Shown: positions 7,790-17,806, numbered from the stretch's first letter. The stretch is 50,430 bases of DNA from Chromatiaceae bacterium (GCA_041307765.1 JBFZCW010000139.1:1-50430); one strand, 5' to 3'. The notes: a model not told the origin generated them from the sequence alone. A program made the numbers and translations.

Positions 7790-8569
7790 GTGATCCAGCA
7801 GCTCGCCCGCTGGTGGCACAACCGCGGAGCCACCAAGGCCGTGGCTCGCTATCCGGAAGCCGCCTGGGAGCACGCCTGGGGGGGGCTTCCCCTACTCGGC
7901 GGGCTCGACCCAACCCAGGCCGGGGAGCTGCGAGCTCTCGCGGCCCTCTTCCTGGAGCGCAAGGCCATCGAAGAGGTCAAGGGCGTTCGGCTGAGCGTAC
8001 CCGAGCGGCTGACCATCGCGCTCCAGGCATGCCTGCCCATCCTGAACCTCGGTCTCGGCTGGTACCGCGGCTGGTACGCCATCATCGTTTATCCGCAGGA
8101 GTTCGTCCCTGAGCGCGAGCGGGTGGACGCGGACGGCGTGGTCTGGATCGAAAGCGAGGTCAAGAGCGGCGAGGCCTGGGAACAGGGTCCGGTCATCTTG
8201 TCCTGGGCGGACGTGGAGTCGGGCACGGAGCGCGATGGCTACAACGTGGTGATCCATGAATTGGCCCACAAGCTCGACATGCGCAACGGCGACGCCAACG
8301 GGCACCCTCCCCTGCACGCGGGCATGAGTGACGCAGCCTGGGCGCGGGATCTAGGCACGGCCTATGCCGACCTGTCGCGGCGGGTCGATCGCGGCGAGGA
8401 GACCCCCATCGACCCCTATGGCGCCGAGTCTCCTGGCGAATTTTTCGCGGTTTGCAGCGAGACCTTCTTCGAACTCCCCCATCTGCTGCGCGAGGAGTAC
8501 CCCGGCGCCTACGCCCAGTTGGCCACTTTCTACCGGCAGGACCCAGCGCAGCGGTTAGAGCCCATCTGA
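7790..8569 (+). CDS. mtfA: MtfA-type zinc metallopeptidase (M90 family)
   Basis: HExxH motif VIHELAHKLD and C-terminal YRQDP, colinear with E. coli MtfA. GTG 7790 gives 259 aa with an N-terminus (IQQLARWW) resembling E. coli MIKWPWK. In-frame ATG 7697 is an alternative start. Confidence 0.8.
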   Translation: MIQQLARWWHNRGATKAVARYPEAAWEHAWGGLPLLGGLDPTQAGELRALAALFLERKAIEEVKGVRLSVPERLTIALQACLPILNLGLGWYRGWYAIIVYPQEFVPERERVDADGVVWIESEVKSGEAWEQGPVILSWADVESGTERDGYNVVIHELAHKLDMRNGDANGHPPLHAGMSDAAWARDLGTAYADLSRRVDRGEETPIDPYGAESPGEFFAVCSETFFELPHLLREEYPGAYAQLATFYRQDPAQRLEPI

Positions 8570-8580
8570 TGCGCCGCAGG

Positions 8581-9327
8581 CTACTTCGGCTCCAAGGTCA
8601 GGGTATTGGCTTCGTCATCGATGGTCATGCGGTAGCGGCTCAGCACGCTCATCCCCAGCAGGGCGCTGCCGCCGAGCTTGGCGTCGTCGATAAAGGCCGC
8701 CTGCACATCCGTGACCTTGTGATCGCCAAGCCAGATTGCGACCAGACGCCCAAGCCGCGCAGCGGTCTTGCCATTGGCGGTCTGCACCTCGCGACTCTCG
8801 AGACCCTGGGCCTGAATACCGAGGGACCCAAGCAGGGAGGCGGGCAGGACCACGAAGTCCGCCCCAGTGTCCACCGTCAGTGTCTGCTCGACCCGCTTGC
8901 CTCCCGCGCCTTCCAGGCCAACCCCAACGGAGTGGGAGGTACCTCGTCGCTCCGTGGCCACAACGATGTCCCCGCCAGGATCCTCCTCCATGTGGCCCTC
9001 GGCGTCCGCTCCGGCCGGCGGCGGAGGGATCCAGGCCGATTTTCGGCTAATGATAATGACTCGGCCAACAGCCCCGTCCGGGGTCTGGATGATGACGTGA
9101 TTGAAGTCATCCAGCAGCGCCCGCAGGCGAAGATAGGTGTCGCCGTCTTGGTCCCGCCCGTAGGCATCCTTGGCCTTGTCCAGCCCCGTTACCTCGAAGC
9201 CACCATCCCGGGCAAGCCGATCGAGCGTCGCCGGCACCGGCACGCGATCGGCACCGCCGACCGCCGGCAGTGCCACCACCAGGCATGAGAACAGGCCAAA
9301 GACTGGCCGGCTTACGCCGCTCGTCAT
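8581..9327 (-). CDS. secreted retropepsin-like (clan AA) aspartic protease
   Basis: 248 aa from ATG 9327 with signal-like N-terminus VFGLFSCLVVALPAVGGA. C-terminal domain has the catalytic VDTGAD motif and ends LLGMSVLSRYRMTIDDEANTLTLEP, typical of bacterial retropepsin-like proteases. The track ORF is over-extended to 9642. Confidence 0.7.
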   Translation of the reverse strand: MTSGVSRPVFGLFSCLVVALPAVGGADRVPVPATLDRLARDGGFEVTGLDKAKDAYGRDQDGDTYLRLRALLDDFNHVIIQTPDGAVGRVIIISRKSAWIPPPPAGADAEGHMEEDPGGDIVVATERRGTSHSVGVGLEGAGGKRVEQTLTVDTGADFVVLPASLLGSLGIQAQGLESREVQTANGKTAARLGRLVAIWLGDHKVTDVQAAFIDDAKLGGSALLGMSVLSRYRMTIDDEANTLTLEPK

Positions 9328-9623
9328 GGGAACACCTGGATAAGTTGCACTGGCTTGGGGGACATACGTGCATACGACAGCGAGCGCGAGCCTAGCAGGT
9401 CCCTGCGATCCCCGCCAGACCCCCTCGGCCTGGTCCAGGTACGCGCCTAGGGCAATCCGGGGCCGCCAAAGGGGCGGACTGTGTTTCAATAGCGATATCG
9501 ATCGTCTGCGGTACCGGTCCTCGCACCGGGGACGCGGCCCCACCCACTGGCCGAAGGACGGCGCGGCCTGCTCAGGATGACACTCAGACCCCGCCCCTGA
9601 CGGCTGCCACGAGATGACCTGCG

Positions 9624-11021
9624 ATGCGCCATCCGCTGCCAACCCTCCTGTTCGCCGCCCTCCCCGCTACCTCCTGGGCCTCTACCGAGGTCAAGCCCCT
9701 GGACCTCACGCTGACCTGGGTCGGGATTGCGTCCCTGATCGTTTTCGTCCTTGCCTACGTACTGGTTATGGCCGAGGAGTTCCTGCACCTGCGCAAGTCC
9801 AAACCCGTCATCATCGCCGCGGGCATCATCTGGGCCATCATCGCCTACGTCTACACGACTAACGGGATTGGCCAGCTGGCGGAAGCAGCGGTACGCCACA
9901 ACCTGCTCGAATACGCCGAGCTGATGCTCTTCCTCCTCGTGGCTATGACCTACATCAACGCCATGCAGGAGCGGCGTGTCTTCGACGCCCTGCGCGCCTG
10001 GCTGATCCGTAGCGGGCTCGGCTTCCGCGCCCTCTTCTGGATGACGGGGTGGCTGGCCTTCTTCATCTCCCCGGTCGCCGACAATCTGACCACCGCCCTG
10101 CTGATGTGTGCCGTCGTCATGGCCGTGGGCGCCGAAAGCCCCCGCTTTGTGAGCCTCTCCTGCATCAACATCGTCGTTGCAGCCAACGCAGGCGGTGCCT
10201 TTAGCCCCTTCGGAGACATCACCACCCTGATGGTCTGGCAAAAGGGGGTGGTCCCCTTCTGGGCGTTTTTCGACCTCTTCGTCCCGTCGGTGGTCAACTT
10301 CCTGGTCCCAGCCGTCCTCATGCACTTCGCGGTGCCCGATCTCAGACCCGAGACGTCTTCCGTGCGCGTGCACATGAAACGCGGTGCCAGGCGCATCATC
10401 GTGCTTTTCCTGCTCACCATACTCACCGCGGTGGCCTACCACAACTTCCTAACCTTGCCACCGGTGGTGGGCATGCTGACTGGGCTCGGCTACCTGCAAT
10501 TCTTCGGTTTTTTCCTCCGGCACACCCATGGCCGCTGGCACGAGGCCAACCAGAACCACCCCGCCTCCCTGGAAGACACCCTCCCCTTCGACGTCTTCAA
10601 CAAGGTGGCCCGGGCGGAGTGGGACACACTGCTCTTCTTCTACGGCGTGGTTCTGTGCGTCGGCGCCCTAGGTTTCATCGGCTACCTGGCCCAGGCCTCG
10701 GAGGTGATGTACACGCAGTGGGGGGCGATCCCTGCCAACATCGCCGTGGGGTTGGTATCGGCGGTTGTCGACAACATCCCTGTGATGTTCGCAGTGCTGA
10801 CCATGAACCCGGACATGCCCCAGAGCCAGTGGCTGTTGGTCACCCTCACGGCCGGGGTCGGCGGGTCTATGCTCTCCGTCGGATCTGCCGCCGGCGTCGC
10901 CCTAATGGGTCAGGCGCGCGGCGTCTATACGTTCTTTAGCCACCTGAAATGGGCCCCGGCCATTGCCCTGGGCTATGCGGCGAGCATCCTGACCCACCTG
11001 TGGCTCAATGGAGGCGGCTAA
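9624..11021 (+). CDS. nhaD: NhaD-family Na+/H+ antiporter
   Basis: 465 aa polytopic membrane protein; ATG 9624. N-terminal signal-like segment, then the pattern typical of NhaD (LRKSKPVIIAAGIIWAI, FFISPVADNLTTALLM, FSPFGDITTLMVW). Confidence 0.8.
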   Translation: MRHPLPTLLFAALPATSWASTEVKPLDLTLTWVGIASLIVFVLAYVLVMAEEFLHLRKSKPVIIAAGIIWAIIAYVYTTNGIGQLAEAAVRHNLLEYAELMLFLLVAMTYINAMQERRVFDALRAWLIRSGLGFRALFWMTGWLAFFISPVADNLTTALLMCAVVMAVGAESPRFVSLSCINIVVAANAGGAFSPFGDITTLMVWQKGVVPFWAFFDLFVPSVVNFLVPAVLMHFAVPDLRPETSSVRVHMKRGARRIIVLFLLTILTAVAYHNFLTLPPVVGMLTGLGYLQFFGFFLRHTHGRWHEANQNHPASLEDTLPFDVFNKVARAEWDTLLFFYGVVLCVGALGFIGYLAQASEVMYTQWGAIPANIAVGLVSAVVDNIPVMFAVLTMNPDMPQSQWLLVTLTAGVGGSMLSVGSAAGVALMGQARGVYTFFSHLKWAPAIALGYAASILTHLWLNGGG

Positions 11022-11066
11022 ACCGCCTCTCGCGCTCCATCGAATGGCGACCTGCTCGGGTGATGC

Positions 11067-11645
11067 TCACCTCAACACCGCCCCAGTCGCGCCGTCACGA
11101 ATGCTCGACGGGCGCGCCGCACCCCCACAGGGGCCTGTGAGGACGTAGTCGAGCCCGCGGCCCAGGGCACGCCGCACGGCGAGCGCCGAGCGTGCCGGGG
11201 GGCGGGCGGCCCGATTGGCGCTCGTGGAGACCAGGGGACCGCCCCAACGCCGGCAAAGAGCTGAGGCAAGGGGGTGGGCGGTCACCCGAACGGCCAGGGT
11301 GACATGGTCACCAGTGATCCATCGAGGGGTCTCAGGGCGGGCGGGCAAGAGCCAAGTGACAGGCCCAGGCCAGGTGGTGCGGATCGCCGCCATGCGCTCG
11401 GGGTCCAGGTTCAGGACAAAGGGCTCGATCTGGGCCCAGTCCGCTGCGATGAGGATCAGGCCCTTGTCCTCGGACCGCCCCTTCAGGTCCAACAGGCGGC
11501 GGACTGCGACCCCATCGTGCGGGTCACAGCCAAGACCGTAGACGGCCTCTGTTGGGTAGGCCAAAAGGCCGCCCCGGGCGATCCAGTGCGCGGCCAGGGC
11601 GAGGTGGTGGCGCGCCGGGGGGGACTGGCCGATGCCGACGCTCAA
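11067..11645 (-). CDS. tsaC: L-threonylcarbamoyladenylate synthase type 1
   Basis: YrdC/Sua5 motifs LLAYPTEAVYGLGCDP, KGRSEDKGLILI, WPGPVTWLLP and VSTSAN. TTG 11645 lies 7 nt after the purE stop and gives 192 aa, colinear with the 190-aa E. coli TsaC. The track start 11789 overlaps purE. Confidence 0.8.
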   Translation of the reverse strand: MSVGIGQSPPARHHLALAAHWIARGGLLAYPTEAVYGLGCDPHDGVAVRRLLDLKGRSEDKGLILIAADWAQIEPFVLNLDPERMAAIRTTWPGPVTWLLPARPETPRWITGDHVTLAVRVTAHPLASALCRRWGGPLVSTSANRAARPPARSALAVRRALGRGLDYVLTGPCGGAARPSSIRDGATGAVLR

Positions 11646-11652
11646 TCCGCCG

Positions 11653-12159
11653 TCAGCCGGGGCGGCGGCGCTGGAGGTCAGCATCCTTGGCCAAGACACC
11701 GCGGGCGTTTTCCTCACGGTCCTCACCCAGGCGGCGAGCCAGATCCGGGTCGCCGAGCGCCAGGATCTGCGCCGCCAGGTAGCCGGCATTCTTGGCCCCG
11801 GCCTTGCCGATGGCTACGGTGGCTACCGGGATTCCAGCGGGCATCTGGACGGTGGACAACAGGGCGTCCATCCCCTGCAGGGGCCCGGCATCCAGGGGGA
11901 TGCCGATGACGGGCTTGAGGGTCAACCCGGCGACGGTCCCGGCCAGGTGGGCGGCAAGTCCGGCGGCGGCGATGAACACGCCGCAGCCACGGGCGTCCGC
12001 GTCCTTGACATAGGCGTGAGTTGCTCCCGGGGTGCGATGGGCAGACGTGATCTTGACCTCACAGGGAATCCTCAGCCGATCAAGGACATCGACAGTCAGC
12101 TCCAGGACCGGAAGGTCGGAATCGGAGCCCATCAGGACGGCAACAAAGGGTTTGGTCAT
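11653..12159 (-). CDS. purE: N5-carboxyaminoimidazole ribonucleotide mutase
   Basis: 168 aa; ATG 12159. Motifs VLMGSDSD, SAHRTP, AAGLAAHLAG. Confidence 0.93.
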   Translation of the reverse strand: MTKPFVAVLMGSDSDLPVLELTVDVLDRLRIPCEVKITSAHRTPGATHAYVKDADARGCGVFIAAAGLAAHLAGTVAGLTLKPVIGIPLDAGPLQGMDALLSTVQMPAGIPVATVAIGKAGAKNAGYLAAQILALGDPDLARRLGEDREENARGVLAKDADLQRRRPG

Positions 12160-12213
12160 GGCTTGGCACTCGTTCTGGGCAATGATGATCGGCTGGCGGA
12201 TGTCATGCGGCTT

Positions 12214-14517
12214 CTAGTCGCTGACGGCGGCAGCCGGCTCCGCCTCCAGAGGACTTTGATAACCGCACCCCTTTTGGGGACAGACTTTTACGCCGCCTTT
12301 ACTGCGGGTGACCTTGAGGGTCAGGATCGGCCAATGGCACTGGGGGCAGGGCTCAGAGACGGGCTCGTCCCACACCGCGTAGTCGCAGGCCGGATAGGTG
12401 GAGCAGGAGTAGAAGATCTTGCCGCGGCGCGACTTCTTCCTCTGCAGCGTCCCCTTGGCGCATTGGGGGCAGATGACGCCTGTGTCCTGGGGGCGCTCCA
12501 GGGGCTCGATGTAACGGCATTTCGGGTAGGCGCTGCAGCCGATGAACTTGCCGTATTTGCCGCGCTTGATCTCCAACGTAGAGCCGCACTCCGGGCAGTT
12601 GCGCCCCTCCACCAACTCCGGCGCCACGGCCTCCGCTCCCTCGGGCCTGAGGTCCCGCGTGTAGTCACACTCCGGATACTTCGTGCAGCCGATGAAGCGG
12701 CCGTTGCGCCCTAAGCGGATAGACAGCGGGCTTCCGCACTTCGGGCACGCCTCGTCCAGTGCCTCCTGGGTGACGTCGCTGCGCCTGACGTTTTCCTCCG
12801 TGTGGTCGACGCGGTCCTTGAAGGGCCGCCAGAACTGCTCCAGCACCGGGACCCAATCCTCCTCGCCGCGGGAGACCGCGTCGAGTTCGTCCTCGAGCTT
12901 CGCCGTGAAGTCGTAGTCCACATAGGGCGTAAAGTATTCGGTGAGGAATCGGTTGACGATGCGCCCCACGTCGGTTGGCGTGAAGCGCTTCTTGTCCAGG
13001 ACCACGTACTCCCGCTCCTGAAGGGTGGAGATGATGCTGGCGTAGGTGGATGGCCGCCCGATGCCGTGCTCCTCAAGGGATTTGACCAGGGATGCCTCGG
13101 TAAACCGCGGCGGCGGCTCGGTGAAATGCTGCTCGGGGCGGATGCGGGCAAGCTCGATCCGGTCGCCCGGCTCCATGGGGGGCAGCATCCGGTCCTCGTC
13201 GTCGTCGGACCCAGCGGCATCGTCCCGCCCCTCGAGATAAACCCGCATGAAGCCAGGTTCGGTAACCGTCGATCCGGTCGCGCGAAACCGATTGCCCTCA
13301 CCGCAGCCAAGGTCCACGGCTACGGTGTCGATCAGGGCCAGGGCCATCTGGCAAGCGAGGGTGCGCTTCCAGATCAGCTCGTAGAGCCGGGCCTGGTCTA
13401 CGGTCAGGTGGCCTTTGATGGCCGTTGGCTCGCGACGGATGGAGGTCGGCCGGATCGCCTCGTGCGCCTCCTGGGCGTTCTTGGACTTGGTCTTGTAGAT
13501 GCGCGCCTCAGGCGGAAGATGGTCCGCACCGTAGCGCTCCGCGACATAGGTGCGGATCTCGACCAGTGCCTCCTGAGCTAGGTTGACCGAGTCCGTGCGC
13601 ATGTAGCTGATGAGCCCTGTGGCCCCCCCGCCAACGTCCACACCTTCATAGAGCTGCTGGGCTACGCGCATGGTGCGCTGGGCGGTAAAGCCGAGCTTGC
13701 GCGCGGCCTCCTGTTGCAAGGTGGAGGTGATGAACGGCGGGGCCGGCGTGCGCTTGCGTTGTTTGCGCTCCACCGATTCAACCATCAGGGCCCCGCCGGC
13801 GGCGCGCTCCAGCACCCCGCGGACGCTGCGGGCGCGGGACTCATCGGTGATGCTGAATTGCTCCACCTTGGCCCCTTCGAACTGGGTCAGCCTGGCATCG
13901 AACCCCCGCCCGTCCTTGGCTGCGTCGGCCTCGATGGTCCAATATTCGCGGACCTCGAAGGTCTCAATCTCCATCTCGCGCTCGCAAATCAGGCGCAGGG
14001 CCGGAGACTGCACCCGCCCGGCGGAGAGTCCACGGCGAACCTTCTTCCACAGCAAAGGCGAGAGGTTGAAGCCGACCAGATAATCCAGGGCGCGCCGCGC
14101 CTGTTGGGCATTGACCAACGCATCGGAGATCTGCCGGGGATTGGCCACCGCCTCCTGCACCGCGCGCTGAGTGATCTCGTTGAAGACCACCCGGTAGACG
14201 GGCCGATCACCGATCTGGCGGCGGCTCTTCAGCAGCTCGTAGAGGTGCCAGGAGATGGCCTCGCCCTCACGGTCAGGGTCTGTTGCCAAGTAAAGGGCAG
14301 AGGCGTTCTTGAGCTTCTTGGCAATGGCCTGGACGTGCCTCTCGTTGCGGTCGATCACTTGGTAGGACATGGCGAACCCCCGCTCAGGGTCCACCGCGCC
14401 TTCTTTGGGGACCAGATCGCGCACGTGGCCATAGGAGGCCAGGACCTCGAAGTCCGGTCCGAGATATTTCTCGATGGTCTTGGCCTTGGCTGGGGATTCT
14501 ACGACGACCAGATTCAT
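12214..14517 (-). CDS. topA: DNA topoisomerase I
   Basis: 767 aa from ATG 14517 (MNLVVVESPAKAKTIEKYLG, Toprim). Catalytic region ISYMRTDS. Four C-terminal Cys4 zinc-ribbon repeats (CPKCG...C..YPEC). Confidence 0.95.
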   Translation of the reverse strand: MNLVVVESPAKAKTIEKYLGPDFEVLASYGHVRDLVPKEGAVDPERGFAMSYQVIDRNERHVQAIAKKLKNASALYLATDPDREGEAISWHLYELLKSRRQIGDRPVYRVVFNEITQRAVQEAVANPRQISDALVNAQQARRALDYLVGFNLSPLLWKKVRRGLSAGRVQSPALRLICEREMEIETFEVREYWTIEADAAKDGRGFDARLTQFEGAKVEQFSITDESRARSVRGVLERAAGGALMVESVERKQRKRTPAPPFITSTLQQEAARKLGFTAQRTMRVAQQLYEGVDVGGGATGLISYMRTDSVNLAQEALVEIRTYVAERYGADHLPPEARIYKTKSKNAQEAHEAIRPTSIRREPTAIKGHLTVDQARLYELIWKRTLACQMALALIDTVAVDLGCGEGNRFRATGSTVTEPGFMRVYLEGRDDAAGSDDDEDRMLPPMEPGDRIELARIRPEQHFTEPPPRFTEASLVKSLEEHGIGRPSTYASIISTLQEREYVVLDKKRFTPTDVGRIVNRFLTEYFTPYVDYDFTAKLEDELDAVSRGEEDWVPVLEQFWRPFKDRVDHTEENVRRSDVTQEALDEACPKCGSPLSIRLGRNGRFIGCTKYPECDYTRDLRPEGAEAVAPELVEGRNCPECGSTLEIKRGKYGKFIGCSAYPKCRYIEPLERPQDTGVICPQCAKGTLQRKKSRRGKIFYSCSTYPACDYAVWDEPVSEPCPQCHWPILTLKVTRSKGGVKVCPQKGCGYQSPLEAEPAAAVSD

Positions 14518-14761
14518 GTCACTGCCGTGTCCGGGTGCGAAGGGGGGCCAAGGAGACGCGAAGACACTGGGCCCCGTCAAGGGGCGTCGTCGCCGCGGTC
14601 ACTCCGCCGGGTCGGGGCGGATTACTGAATACGCGGGGGAGGTGTGGGATGCCCGGGCCGATGTCAACGGCCGATACGGCCCCAGCTCAGCCCCGACGGC
14701 AGGTAGGGCGCACGAGCGAACACCATCCGGGCCTGCGGGACTGCGCCGGGAAGCAGGAGGA

Positions 14762-15238
14762 TCAATGGAGGTAGGCGGGCGTGTCGCTGTAGACCATGTC
14801 CTCCATCTGAGAGAACGCCGCCTCGGACCCGGGGCGATTCAGCAGGACCAGGAGGACCACCCACTTGACCTCGTCCAGGGTCACGCTGGCGTGATCGATG
14901 GCGAGGACGCGGTCGATGACCAGTTCACGGCTAACCGGATCCAAAATGCCGTTCTGCTCGAGAAACAGGAGCAGACCCCGAGCAGCCGAGTCGAGCCTGC
15001 CGCACTCGGCGTCGCTATAGACCCGCATCGAGGCCCCGCTGTGCGGGTGGTATTGGGGCACATCCACGCCCGCGACCAGTTCATCGAGCCAGTTCAGGGC
15101 CTTGTGGATATCGCCACTGGAGAAGCCGGCCTGCGACAGCTCCTCTTCGAGCTCGTCCTGGTCGATGGGGGGGCCACCCTCACCGTCCATGTAGTTCTCG
15201 TAGAGGTAGATGAGGACATCGACCATGGATTCGTTCAT
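14762..15238 (-). CDS. smg: Smg (DUF494) protein
   Basis: 158 aa from ATG 15238; N-terminus VDVLIYLYENYM typical of Smg. Conserved position between dprA and topA. Confidence 0.9.
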   Translation of the reverse strand: MNESMVDVLIYLYENYMDGEGGPPIDQDELEEELSQAGFSSGDIHKALNWLDELVAGVDVPQYHPHSGASMRVYSDAECGRLDSAARGLLLFLEQNGILDPVSRELVIDRVLAIDHASVTLDEVKWVVLLVLLNRPGSEAAFSQMEDMVYSDTPAYLH

Positions 15239-15307
15239 TGATCTCCCTCGCAGACCCCGCGCAGCGTTCGGCACAACCCAGGTACCCGCAACCTCGGCCA
15301 CACCCCA

Positions 15308-16456
15308 TCAGGGCCCGCCGCAACCGGTGTCAGGCCCAAGGCCGTAACGGCCTCCCGGATAAGATGATACCCGTCCCTGCAACTCCAACAAAAGGAGCAT
15401 AGAGGCTACGCTGTCTGCCGGGAGGCCGGTCCGGCGGATCAAGTCGTCCGCGGCGACCGGATCGTGCCCCATGGCGGTGAGGAGGCATTGGTAGTCGGCG
15501 TCAAGCTGCGGCGCCACGCCGCCGACCATTGCGCCGCCCGGGGTGCCCGGCCCCCACGCTGCCGGTGGAGCCGCCGCCGCCCGCAGGGCTGGCGCCAACT
15601 CGGCGAGGATCTCCTGCGCGCACTCGACCAACCGGGCACCGTCACGGATCAGAGCATGACACCCGCGCGCTAGCGGGTTGTGTATCGAACCGGGCATGGC
15701 GAACACCTCCCGGCCCTGCTCGCTGGCAAGCCGAGCTGTGATCAAGGAACCGCTCCCCAGCGCCGCCTCGGTGACCAGGGTACCAAGGCTCAGGCCGCTG
15801 ATGATGCGGTTGCGCCTTGGGAAGTGCTCTGCCCGTGCCGGGCTGTCTGGCGGGAGCTCGCTCACCAGAGCCCCGCCGTCGGCGATATGCCGAGCCAAAT
15901 CGCGGTGAGCCGCCGGGTAGACGCGGTCCAGCCCAGTGCCCAGAACGGCGATGGTGCGCCCCGCTTCGAGCGCGCCTCGGTGGGCCGCCCCGTCTACGCC
16001 CATGGCCAGGCCACTGGTGATGGTGAGCCCGCAACCGGCGAGGTAACGGGCCAGATCCCGGGTCGTATCGGCCCCCTGCGGCGTGGGGTTGCGGCTGCCG
16101 ACGATGGCGAGTTGGGGGTCAGCCAGGGCCACAGGATCGCCACGCACATACAGGACCCCCGGGGCATCGGGGATCTGCGCCAAAAGCGGCGGGTAATCAG
16201 GATCGTCGCGAGTCAGGATGGCAGTGCCATCCTGTTGTCCCCAGGCGAGCAGGGCGTCTAGCATCGCCTCGTCGGGGCGGCGCAGGGCTTCGATCGCCGC
16301 CACCGGGATACCCAGCTCCCGCAGGGTGTTTGCGTCGGCAACGAGGGCGGTCTCAACGCCCCCGAATCGACCCAAGAGCCGGGCGATGAGTCGCGGTCCG
16401 ACTCCAGGGGCCTGGACCAGGGTCAGCCAGGCCCGGAGTCGCCTGTCCTGATCCAC
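15308..16456 (-). CDS. dprA: DNA-processing protein DprA (Smf)
   Basis: Rossmann-like DprA core (VGSRNPTPQG, ITSGLAMGVDGAAHRGAL, VLGTGLDRVYP, FPRRNRIISGLS). GTG 16456 lies 22 nt after the upstream stop. The track start 16546 overlaps the LysM gene. Confidence 0.88.
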   Translation of the reverse strand: MDQDRRLRAWLTLVQAPGVGPRLIARLLGRFGGVETALVADANTLRELGIPVAAIEALRRPDEAMLDALLAWGQQDGTAILTRDDPDYPPLLAQIPDAPGVLYVRGDPVALADPQLAIVGSRNPTPQGADTTRDLARYLAGCGLTITSGLAMGVDGAAHRGALEAGRTIAVLGTGLDRVYPAAHRDLARHIADGGALVSELPPDSPARAEHFPRRNRIISGLSLGTLVTEAALGSGSLITARLASEQGREVFAMPGSIHNPLARGCHALIRDGARLVECAQEILAELAPALRAAAAPPAAWGPGTPGGAMVGGVAPQLDADYQCLLTAMGHDPVAADDLIRRTGLPADSVASMLLLLELQGRVSSYPGGRYGLGPDTGCGGP

Positions 16457-16478
16457 CAATGCCGCAGGGCGCGACGAG

Positions 16479-17672
16479 TCAGGAACGTGGCGCTGCCACG
16501 GTATCGAGGACACGCATGGCCCGGGTGGTACGCATGACCAAGGCAAAGCTCACGCGATCGAAGACCCGGAAGACCATCAGGGTGCTGGCCTGCTCAAAAG
16601 GTGCGACAAAGGTTGAGTTTGGCCGGCGCACGTCCGCATGCAACGGGAGGGAAGCATCGGGGCTTGGTTTGTCCTCCAGCCAACCCAACTGACGGAATTC
16701 CCCGTACCAGAACTCTTGGGTCAGGGGACTCTCGGACCTCCAATCCCAGTTGTCGGCACCGGCCCGAACCCGGTCGCGCCGCTCGTCCCCGCCGACGAAG
16801 CCCTCCAACACATGGCCTTCCTGAATGCCATCGCGGGCGCCGCGGTTCAGCACCACAATGTTGTATTGGCCGATCTGCGACACGCCGCCGAGAACCCCGA
16901 TGATGCGTGCCCGCATGCCGGGGGGCGCCGGCATGGGATAGAAATTCGACAGAGTCTCCTCGTTCGCGGCCGGGACCAGGCGGTCGTCGACCAGCACCTC
17001 GGCGGCCGACTGGGTCAGGTACAGCTTGGTCGGATCCCCACCACGTTCCACCCTGGCGTTGGCCAGAAAGGCGGCCTCATAGCCGAGAATTTCACCCGTA
17101 TCCGGGTCCTCATAGGGCTGTCCCGGCCGCACGATCTGGAAGTCCGTCACGTTCGGGTCGCGAATGCCACGCACGTAGACGGAGTCGCGGACGCCGGCCG
17201 TCATGCGCTCGTCGGGGAACCCCACCACATACGGGGCCCGTTTGATGTCGTCCGTCTGGGCCACGTAGGGCTGACTCAGGAAGGGCGCAATGACGCTGAT
17301 CGGAATGGTCGGGACCGGTGCCTCCAACGCCTCTACCCGCACTCGGGGCGAGAGCTTGACCACCCGCTTGCCACCCTCGGCACGCACCCGCGGTCGCCCG
17401 CCGCTGTAGGTCAGCCGCAGGGTATCGCCCGGATAGATCAGGTTGGGATTGGCCACCGTTGGGTTAGCCTCCCAGACCTTGTGCCAGTCCCAGGGGTTGC
17501 GCAGGAACCGTCCGGCGATCTCCCAGAGACTATCCCCGGGCTGTACCACATAGACCTCGGGGCGATTGGGATTGAGTGCGACCTCCTCGGCCAGTGCAGC
17601 CCTGGGGCCTGACCCTACTTGTAGGACAAAGAGGACGACACAAAGAACCGGCGCTCGGAAAAGGGGTCGCAT
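16479..17672 (-). CDS. LysM peptidoglycan-binding protein, TsaP-like
   Basis: 397 aa from ATG 17672. Signal peptide, then a LysM motif (YVVQPGDSLWEIAGRFL...NLIYPGDTLRL). Conserved position between def and dprA, as for Pseudomonas/Neisseria TsaP. Confidence 0.8.
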   Translation of the reverse strand: MRPLFRAPVLCVVLFVLQVGSGPRAALAEEVALNPNRPEVYVVQPGDSLWEIAGRFLRNPWDWHKVWEANPTVANPNLIYPGDTLRLTYSGGRPRVRAEGGKRVVKLSPRVRVEALEAPVPTIPISVIAPFLSQPYVAQTDDIKRAPYVVGFPDERMTAGVRDSVYVRGIRDPNVTDFQIVRPGQPYEDPDTGEILGYEAAFLANARVERGGDPTKLYLTQSAAEVLVDDRLVPAANEETLSNFYPMPAPPGMRARIIGVLGGVSQIGQYNIVVLNRGARDGIQEGHVLEGFVGGDERRDRVRAGADNWDWRSESPLTQEFWYGEFRQLGWLEDKPSPDASLPLHADVRRPNSTFVAPFEQASTLMVFRVFDRVSFALVMRTTRAMRVLDTVAAPRS

Positions 17673-17750
17673 GGTCGCTCCGCAGTCATGGTGGCAAGCC
17701 TCTACACCCGGATCAGGACGCAAGTGTAGTATTATCGCGATGTTAACCCA

Positions 17751-17781
17751 CAGATTGCGGGCGCTTCCAGCCCGCAATCTG
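17751..17781 (+). promoter_or_regulatory. perfect 12-bp stem-loop in the def 5' leader (attenuator/operator candidate)
   Basis: CAGATTGCGGGC (17751-17762), loop GCTTCCA, GCCCGCAATCTG (17770-17781). Followed on the plus strand by ACCATTTATCCGTTTTGGG; def ATG at 17807. Confidence 0.5.
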
Positions 17782-17806
17782 ACCATTTATCCGTTTTGGG
17801 CGCCCC

